Positions 55,370 to 64,000 of a stretch of DNA of 64,000 nucleotides are shown here, piece by piece. The first letter of the stretch is position 1, and each line of letters starts with the position of its first letter. The position numbers and the translations under genes are program-made. This DNA is from Octopus vulgaris (taxonomy: Eukaryota). Under the pieces are notes generated by a model. That model saw only the letters and a program-made list of their open reading frames with translations, ran no database searches and was not told the origin of the DNA. Where the stretch lies: positions 41,354,001-41,418,000 of the forward strand of contig OX597830.1 in NCBI GenBank assembly GCA_951406725.2, read 5' to 3'.

Positions 55370-55965
55370 ACAAGCAAATTTGATTTGCTGTTTCACATAC
55401 CTAGGAGGGGCTATCGATAAGATGGATAGAACAGATCAGGACATAAAGACAAGGATTGAGAAGATTACAGCAACATTCAGGAGATTACAGACCATGTCAA
55501 CAAACACAGAATTCAGGATCTTTAACATGAAGATGAAAACTGTTCTGTTGTTCATGTGTGAAACATGGCAAGTCACATAGTTTTCTATCAAAAAGATCTT
55601 AATGTTTATGAATAGATGTCACCAGATCATCGATTGGATAAGATGGCAAGAACAGACTCACAAACAAAGCTTTCCGGGAACAGGTAACACAGCAACCTAT
55701 TGAAACCCAGAGGAAGAAGAGAAAAAAAGGGGTTGGCCAAGACGTAACTTATAGAAACTATTTCCAATATTACAAGACAAAGCCTTGGATTAAACACCTC
55801 GAGGGAGATGCAAGCATGGAAATGGGTCACAAAATCTGAATTGCTGGCAGGTGGTTACACCTGCAAAACAACTGTAATCCATTGCCAAAGATCAAAGAAG
55901 ATGGAGATCTCTTGTTGGTACCCTATGCTCCACATGGAATCAAAGGAATCAATGAAATGATGAGT
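55370..55965 (+). mobile_element. RTE-clade LINE 3' fragment
   Basis: FTYLGGAI...DIKTRIEK...IFNMKMKTVLLFMCETW; ends CCCTATGCTCCACATGGAATCAAAGG. Confidence 0.8.
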
Positions 55966-56947
55966 GAACATGTATCATGCTTTCTCCAATTGTTTTAAAG
56001 GTTTAGCCAAATGGTCACCACTTTTAGTTGTTGATAACTGTGTCTGGTAGTTGAGCGTGTGACACTTGACTAAATTAAATCTTCTTCCGGTATGGACAGT
56101 TGGTTGGTCCAAACCAAAACAACATGGAGGCGATGGTAGCAATAGCAATGTGCACAAGAATGCCTCCAAGAAGGCCACAGTGTTTGTTCAGTCCTCTGGC
56201 TCATCAAGATAATTTTCTGAGCAACTAGTGTTGATGTGAGTGAAAGAACTATGTGCTGAGAGAGTTCTAAAGTGAAGGAAGGAAAACTATCTAGTGAGAA
56301 ATAGGTGACTGCCATGCTTTATATAAATGCCAAACCAGAAGCAGAAGGAAACAGTCCATTCAAACCAATCACAGAGAATGACACAAAAAGTGCAACCACA
56401 CAAAGTTGACTGAGCCAACTTTGAAATAGAGAAATGTATAATTGCATGTAAGCCAATATCAAACACAGAGCTGCTACAAATACCTATGTAGCCATGAGCA
56501 GGTGTAGACACTCCTTCAGACCACCTACTCTTGACCCAGAAGAGCATCCAGGATGTGACACTTAGAGTGAGAGAGGACAGCACCAGCACTTGACTAGTGT
56601 GCATTTGACTAGTACTCATTACAGCTGAGTAGACTGAGGCAAGATGGAATTAAGTGCCTTTCTTGGGGACACAATGTACTAATGTACTAACCAGCTCAAG
56701 AATTGAACCCACAACTTTATTATCATGATCCTAATATGGTAACCACTTGACTACATACATTAACAATTAACAACAACAATCATTGGAAAAAAATCACAAA
56801 GCAATTAAGATTCTGCAATTAAATGTCCTTTTATAATATAACATTCACTAATCTTACCAATTAACGCTATGACTGTCTTAAATGTATCATTCAATATACA
56901 TGGTATTTTCAGTTAATTCTTCATTTCTTTTTTTTTTTCTTTTGCAG

Positions 56948-57094
56948 GAAATGGTGCACTTCAATGCCACTTGTGCAGTGGAGTTGGCACTGATCGTCAC
57001 TGTGAATTTCATCCATTCTTTGGTCAAACAGGATTGAGAAAACCCACTAATTGTGCTTCCCAGTTCTGTCTTGCTGCCAAAGTTATTGATTCAG
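56948..57094 (+). CDS. Coding exon 2 of the Ly6/uPAR protein: (G)NGALQCHLCSGVGTDRHCEFHPFFGQTGLRKPTNCASQFCLAAKVIDS(G)
   Basis: Long polypyrimidine tract plus TTTGCAG acceptor ending at 56947; 147-nt stop-free phase 1-1 exon; donor CAG|GTAACA at 57094/57095. The pattern LQC-x2-C-x8-C-x16-C-x4-C matches the first five cysteines of an LU domain. Confidence 0.85.
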
Positions 57095-57259
57095 GTAACA
57101 ATCTTTTACTTTGGTTAACGAGTAAATCAAGAAAATTGTAGGGGTGTTTTTGTTGTTGTTGTTGTTGGGTTCGTTTTTCGGTAAATTGTAAGTGTGTAAT
57201 GAGCATTAAGTCTCGTTGACCTCCTGTGCTGTCTTTGTTATTGTTGTTGTTGTTGATAA

Positions 57260-57785
57260 AGTAGTGAACTGGCAGAACGTTTGGTAAACTGGACAAAATG
57301 CTTTACTGTATTTCTTCCTCATCTTTGTGTTCTGAGTTCATATCCCACTGAGGGCAAATTTGCCTCTCATCATTTCAGGGTTGACGAAATAAGTACCAGT
57401 TGAGCACTGAGAGGTGATGTAATTGACTATACCCCTCCCCAGAAAATTTCAGACCTTGTGCCTGGTGGGTTTCCTCACTTATCCCTAGACGTCTTTCTGT
57501 ATCAGGAGGACCTCATCACTACCATCCTTCTGATTTTCACTGTTGTATACTATGCATACTTCCCTTCATTGTTTTATTCTTTTCTACTCTAGGTACAAAG
57601 CCTGAAAGTTTGGGGGACAGTCGATTAGATCGACCCCAGTATGCAAATGGTACTTAATTTATCAACCCCAAAAGGATGAAAGGCAAAGTCAACCTAGGTT
57701 GAATTTGAACTCAGAACGTAATACAGATGAAATACTGCTAAGCATTTCGCCCAGTGTGCTAACATTTCTGCCAGCTTGCCACCTT
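57260..57785. mobile_element. Two SINE family B copies in inverted orientation (57260-57465 plus; 57575-57785 minus)
   Basis: The B consensus and its reverse complement are separated by ~110 nt. Confidence 0.85.
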
Positions 57786-57802
57786 CCTTCTTTGTTTTAT
57801 TG

Positions 57803-58215
57803 TATACTAGCATTAAAGACCCATCGTTGCCGGGTCATAGTGCTAGTGCATGTATATATGTGTATATATATGTGTACATATTACATGTACATCTATATAT
57901 ATACATCTACACATAAAATACAAAATACAAAGTTATATCTTGATATCGCTAGTGATAACAATACTCAAAATATATAACAGACTGGAATTGTAAGCCCGTC
58001 TCTTGGAATTTCGATCAATTGTATCTTGTTCCCCCCTCTTGTATAGAAGTGTGGCTACAATCCAGCCTACCTCTACTTCTGAGGGGGGGGGGGGGCATTT
58101 AAAATTTTTTTCCGGGACGTCCCAGATATAAAGGTAAAAATAAAATATTTCCACTTTGCAAGTTTGAGTCGAGTACTCCCTTGCACGCTCCGTTGACTCT
58201 GTTTTTGTATTTTCC
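57803..58215. mobile_element. Helitron-like element remnant
   Basis: TACTAGCA-TTAAA-GACCC-ATCGTTGCC-GGGTC-ATAG-TGCTAGT hairpin terminus followed by a CpG-containing body. Confidence 0.4.
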
Positions 58216-58279
58216 CCTTCGTCCTTCACCCTGTTTTATTATTGTGATCATTATTATTATTATTATTATTATTATTACT

Positions 58280-58552
58280 CTTTACCACAGGTTTTGTTGG
58301 AGCTCTTGGAGTCTTGGATGCATAGCAGGCTTACTACCTGCAGCCCACAGTACCATGCTATCCATTTTTTTTTCAGTTACCTAATACTTTCCTGATTATT
58401 CTGGCCATGCCAAGCAAGCAAACCTTTTGTAAAAGTTCTACTGAGCACTCTATTCCAATTTCCTTTATATTCCCCTTAAAGCCTCTGATGCTGTTCCCAA
58501 AGACACAACAATAATTGGCACTATCTTCACCTCCTTCATTTTCCATAGCCAG
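58280..58552 (-). mobile_element. R4/Dong-like LINE 3' fragment
   Basis: ELLQKVCLLGMARIIRKVL on the - strand, with a (TAA)n tail, sitting within ATT microsatellites. Confidence 0.8.
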
Positions 58553-58555
58553 TAC

Positions 58556-58609
<54 letters not shown>

Positions 58610-58629
58610 CATTATTATTATTATTATAT

Positions 58630-59590
58630 AAGACAGCGAGCTGGCAGAATCTTTTGCATGCCAGGCAAAATGCTCAGCCGCATTTCATCTGCCGTTACAT
58701 TCTGAGTTCAAATTCTGCTGAGATCAACTTTGCCTTTCATCCTTTCAGAGTCGATTAATTTAAGTACCAGTTATGCACTGGGGTCAATGTAATCAACTTA
58801 ATCCCCTCCCCCAAGCTGCCCTTGTGACAAAAATTTGATATCGTTATTTAAAGGCAGCGAGCTGGCAGAAATTGTTAGCACACCAGACAAAGTGCTATGT
58901 GGCATTTCATCCATTTTAATGTTCTAAGGTCAAATAGCTCCAAGGTCAACCATTTTGCCTTTCCTTCTTTTACAGTTGTGTTGTGTGGATGCCCCCAGAT
59001 GATAAGTAGGCTAGTCTAATATGTATAAATAGTGGACATGATAGCTAGACAAGAAGTGTCAGGTAGAGCAAGTTGGAGCTGTCGGTGGTCTGGACATCAA
59101 GTTCTGTTGAGTCAAGTCGTCGGAAGTGAGAGTTCGGTAGTTGAGTAGAGGTACATCATTGGCGAAGGCACGCCATTCGAACGTGCGATAGAACAAATTG
59201 TCTAAGTAAAGTGCCAGACAAGCACTGAAGTCAACGTAAATGACTAACCACCCTGCTTCCTCCCCCAAATTTCAAGCCTTGTGCCTATATTAGAAAGAGT
59301 TATTATTGTGGCTGTTGTCATTTTTTATATTGTTTCTGCATTGTTGTTGATATTATGGTTGCTGTTGTTTAAGGCTACGAACTGGCAGAATTGTTAGCAT
59401 TCCAGGCAAAATTCTTAGCAGTATTTCATCCATCCTTATGTTCTGGGTTCAAATTCCAATGAGGTCGGCTTTATCTTTCATCCTTTCAGAGTCAACGAAA
59501 TAAATACCAGTTGAACATTGGGGTCGATGTAATCGACTAGCCCCCTCCCCCAAATTTCAGGCCTTGTGCCTATAGTAGAAAGGATTATGG
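58630..59590 (+). mobile_element. Array of three SINE family B units, the second interrupted by a ~270-bp LTR-like insert (58977-59250)
   Basis: B units start at ~58630, 58850 and 59370. The insert begins TGTG, has TATAAATAG and AGTAAA, and is CpG-rich. Confidence 0.7.
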
Positions 59591-59774
59591 TTGCTGTTGT
59601 TAATGTTTTTTTTTATTATTGTTGCTGTGGTGGAGGGTTTTGCTGCTACACTTGTTGTTTAACTCCAGGTCAGTCCTGACTAAGCAGGCCTTGACAACCA
59701 GTGATGGTCTGTTTACATCCTCATAACTTCACAGTCTAGCAAAATACATCAATAGAATAAAAATAAAAATAATA

Positions 59775-60225
59775 ATGAAATTATTGTATACAGTGCTCAG
59801 GTGCACCACAACTTGTCAAAAGTGCATATAAAACATACGCAGTAATGTACAAATGTCTAGAAAGTGAACAGTGTATGAGTCAGATACATGCTTGCATGTG
59901 TATGGAGGAGAAAATCAGGTGTAGTGTTGGCGAATCTCAGGAAGCATGGAAGTTTTGAAGGATGCAGTGCTCCGACAACTAACAACTGATGCCAGCAGTT
60001 TGTTCCATACTTCAACAAATCTTTTTCCATGACTTTTGGAAAAAATGTTTTCGAAAGTCATGGGAGCTGTGCTGTTTTCTGACTTTGTAAACATGTCCAC
60101 GGGTGTTAGACAGGTGGAGTTTGAAAAGGTGCTCAGAGTTATTGTTAGTAAGATGGTTAATAATTTTATGGGTGTCTGCCAAATCAGCTATCAGACGTCG
60201 GAGTTTCAATGTATCCATGCCCAGA
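59775..60225 (-). mobile_element. CR1-clade LINE 3' fragment nested in a SINE A tail (59690-60320)
   Basis: LKLRRLIADL...HLSNTRGHVYK...FRKHFF...RFVEVWNKL...SFK; SINE A sequence resumes on both sides. Confidence 0.88.
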
Positions 60226-60734
60226 AAATAAACAAATAAGTTCTGGGGTTGATTTTTTTTAACAAAAACGCTTCAGAGCAGTGCTCCAGCATGGCTCCAG
60301 TCCAATGACTGAAATAAATAAAATAAAATAAACAATAATAAGACCTGAGAATCAATAATATTATACATGAATAAATCATTAACGTTTGTGTAATAAAAAA
60401 TTATAAATATCTATATTTTCAAGAAAACTGTTCCCTTGAGAACTCCCTCGCTGAAAAGAAACAAACACTTTCACACCAAGCGTTTGTAAACTTTTATTAT
60501 AGATCTTTCAAAGCTACTATCATAAAGCAGAGAGTGTCAATGGTGACAAGGGGGAAATATTATATCGTTGTTGATGTCGATGTTGATGTTATTTGTTTTG
60601 TTTGTTTGTTTGAGAAAGGAACAGAATCTCAAGCAATAACACACACATACATACAATCATATACATTCATCTATCTGCCTGTCTGTTTGCCTATCTGTCT
60701 GTCTATTTATACCCATAAATATACGTAAACATAC

Positions 60735-60795
<61 letters not shown>

Positions 60796-60946
60796 GGGGG
60801 GTGTATGTGTGTGTGTGTGTGTATGCACGGACACTCCTTCTCAGAGATATAAAAGATGTAAATTGCACAAATGGCATGAACAAATAAGAGTGACAATTTA
60901 TATGTAGGTAAACATATGTATATATAGATATGTATGTGTATGTATA

Positions 60947-61043
<97 letters not shown>

Positions 61044-61361
61044 ACCAGACTTCAGTGTTTTCTTAAACATTCTCACATGACCTATATTTCAAATAACAAT
61101 TCTTTAGGAGAGATCTTTATCTATGACCCCCTTGCTTCCTTTAAACTTTTAAGTTTGCATTTTTATATCTATATAACTATTGCAGTGAATAACGCCAAAA
61201 CTCCTTCAAACATATATTTTTAATAAGATTTCACTGAAGTTTTAACAGTCTTAGAGGCGAAATTTATTTTCATTGTTTTGAAGATATAAATTTAAATTCT
61301 TGACAGTTAGAATACTTAGTGACTTTGTATGGTTTGGTATGTGTATGTGTATGTGTGTATG

Positions 61362-61427
<66 letters not shown>

Positions 61428-61539
61428 TACACACACGCACACATATAAAGGCGTATAGGTACATCTGCGTGTGTAAATATTTGTGTGTATGTGAGTATGT
61501 ATATATGTTTCTGCATACACATACATACTAAAGATCAGC

Positions 61540-61860
61540 AAAAAAGAAAATACCCACACTGAACTATTGAGGAATCTACAGCCACTCTATCCAGATTACA
61601 ATTTCAGGTTTATACCTGTAAATATTGGGGCACTGGGATATGTAACACACTAGTCAAATACCAATCTTGAGAAATTTGACTTCTCAAAATCAAAAGGGAG
61701 GAAGCTTATTCGAAGACTATAGATCTAATCCATTATTGGAACAGTAAAAATCTGCAAAACTTTCCAGAAGTTTATCATTTAAGTATGTATGAACATGTCT
61801 AGACATGCAACTATATGCATAAGAATACATACATAAAACAAAAGAGACAAATCTGCACAT
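61540..61860 (+). mobile_element. RLE-type LINE (R4/Dong or NeSL-like) 3' fragment
   Basis: ELLRNLQPLYPDYNFRFIPVNIGALGYV...SIIGTVKICKTF. Confidence 0.65.
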
Positions 61861-61989
61861 ATACATACATATATATAAAAACACTCTGATGATCTTGAAA
61901 TTTCAATGAAGAAGCCTTGGTTCTAGGTTAGAAACCAGCTCTTTATTGACAAGAAATCTTGAAATAAAACTGAATAATGACACACACAA

Positions 61990-62190
61990 AGTGTGTTTCA
62001 GAAGTTTTAAAACCATTTCAGGTGAAATTAATTAATTTCAAAGAAATACAAAACTCTAATTTTCTTTGATGTAGGATCTTCTGACTTGAACGCACTTATT
62101 GTAGCACTCTAGCCACTTCATGAAGGCCCATTGAAGTTTTTCAAACTGAAGCTATCCAGGACCCTTGTCGCAGCCTCCTGTGTCTTCAAA
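61990..62190 (-). mobile_element. Mariner 3' end fragment
   Basis: The - strand encodes AFMKWLECYNKCVQVRRSYIKEN*, resembling the mariner C-terminal W..CI...G.YFE motif. Confidence 0.6.
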
Positions 62191-63338
62191 AAGTATTTGA
62201 GGAATACCTTTTTTGGGTCATTGCTGCATTTTTGCTAACTCTGTATAATCTTTGTTTCAGAAAATAATATTGGCAGACCCTCAGCTTATTCAAGAAATGA
62301 TGAGGCATGCTGTTATTGTGGTTATAAAGGCTGAGCATAGCAATTTAGAAATATCTCAATTATTAAAAGTTGCCATATCTTTTGTCTACAAAGTTTGTAA
62401 GGAGCTAGATACTGAAGATGGAAACGTATCACCAGTATCAAAGCATGAAAAGCATTCTAAATGCTCTGAAATCATCAGAACACCTGAATTCATCCAGCAA
62501 GTTCAACAGACCACTGATGACAATCCCAAAAAGTCCATGAGGCCAATTGCAAAAGATATCCATGTATCGGGAGGAAGTCAGAAATGTTGTCCATGAAGAC
62601 ATCAGATATAAGTCTTATATGATGAGAAAAGGTCAATTTGTCAGAAAAAGTGAAAGAAAATCACTACATCAGATCTAAAAGGCTCTTAAACAAACTTGAA
62701 AATCCAGCAGAAGATTTGATTTGGTTTTTCTCAAACAAGTAAAACTTTGACCAAGATCAAAAAGTTAACTGAAGAAATGACAGACGGTTATGTGCAGACC
62801 CTTCTGAAGTTCCAAGTGTTATGCATACAAAATTTCCTGTAACTGTCATGGTTTTAGGGGTTGTCAGCAATGAAGAACATGTGATGCCTCCTTACTTCTT
62901 TCCATAAGGCCTTAGAGTTAACTCTGCCACCTACATTGAGATCCTGGAAATAATTAAGCCCTGGATAGACAGTGTATGCAATGGAAGGCCATATGTGTTT
63001 CAGTAAGACTCTGCACTATCACACATGACTCTAATAATGCAGAAATGAATGGCTGAAAATTTTCATGACCACATAACCTCTAACATTTGGCCTCCTCAAT
63101 CCATAGTCGGAGTAACATCCAAAATGAACCAGGATCACTTGATTCGAGCATGTAGGTGATTTAGACCTCAAATAGAAGCAGTTGTTGAAGCTGAAGGTGG
63201 CTTTATTGAGTAACATTATAGAAAAGAAGGTTTATTTTATCCTCATAGAATTTTTTGATAAATAAAATTATTACCTTTAATTATATATCTGTTTTTTTAT
63301 AAGCATAAATCTGTCCTCAAATATCTTACACACCCTAT
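62190..63338 (+). mobile_element. Degenerate maT/DD37D-like Tc1/mariner transposon
   Basis: HTH region (ORF 62252-62596), then WFFSNK*NFDQDQKVN*RNDR, VMVLGVVS, YVFQ*DSALSH and IWPP. TIR remnants TATTTGAGGA / TCCTCAAATATCTTACACACCCT. Confidence 0.88.
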
Positions 63339-63382
63339 ATAAATAACATAACAATGTGTGTGTACTGTAAATGTTGTTATAT

Positions 63383-63420
<38 letters not shown>

Positions 63421-64000
63421 TGTATGTGTATGTTATGTGTAAAATATCAAAGTGCATACTTACAGAGAGTCTCTGAGAGTGTAGCACGTGTGGATGCCAG
63501 GGATGGTCATTTCCCTGGTGACATCAGAATCCTGTATTCTTTTCTATGGTTGCAGAATAATAATCTTTTATATTGTTTCTATTGAATAATTTAGGAATAT
63601 TGTAATCTTTGTGGAATTGTTTTTTGATTAAGGAGAGTAATTTTTTTGTCTCATACATTTTTGCTAAATGGTGAATTAAACCAAATCATATATCTCCCCT
63701 GAGTAGAGATTTTGTTGTTGTCCATAGTACATAAGTTGCATGGTTTTGTGTTTTGAAATGGTTATGTGCAAATGTCTGGTTTACTGGTTCTCAACCCTAT
63801 TAGGTGTCACACCATCAGAAAAGAGACTGTTTATACAGTTATTCATTGCTACTGGTACTTGCTTAATTACATTTGACAGGTAGTTGAACTCCAAATGTAT
63901 AAAGTTGGTTGTTAGTTTTATTTATTGTTGTTCAACAAACATAGAAAATATATTTTCAAGTAACTCCACTAAATCAGCAAATGTAAATTGCTCATGGAGA

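Noticed and set aside
61885-61940. CTGATGA...GAAA hammerhead-like text on the + strand
   Set aside because: Stems could not be assigned convincingly.
63464-63531. Possible minus-strand exon with GTAAGT donor and small CCAGGGA/TCCCTGG hairpin
   Set aside because: Purine-rich acceptor and an unrecognisable peptide; unsupported.
57095-64000. Third Ly6 exon (CC...CN)
   Set aside because: No acceptor-flanked cysteine-rich phase-1 exon was found; it presumably lies beyond the window.

Overview
AT-rich, microsatellite-saturated eukaryotic DNA. The SINE families and repeat landscape point to an octopus (coleoid cephalopod) genome; this is inferred from recognition, not from a search. Almost all ORFs in the supplied track are microsatellite or transposon artefacts. 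Reading splice signals by eye reveals one gene the track misses. A + strand signal-peptide exon (40166-40214, CAG|GTAAGA) splices in phase 1 across a 16.7-kb intron to a 147-nt cysteine-rich exon (56948-57094). This gives [65 protein letters not shown](G), the N-terminal half of a Ly6/uPAR (three-finger, quiver/sleepless-like) protein whose remaining exon(s) were not found in the window. The rest is at least four SINE families (often nested or multimeric), decayed mariner and maT transposons, hAT and piggyBac MITEs, RTE, CR1 and R4/Dong LINE 3' fragments, probable solo LTRs, Helitron-like ends, Penelope-type remnants carrying minimal hammerhead ribozyme motifs, and several fold-back palindromes. 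Intron 1 also holds a ~500-bp-arm long-range inverted repeat, and there are unique TAAT-rich islands that may be regulatory. Repeat boundaries are approximate.
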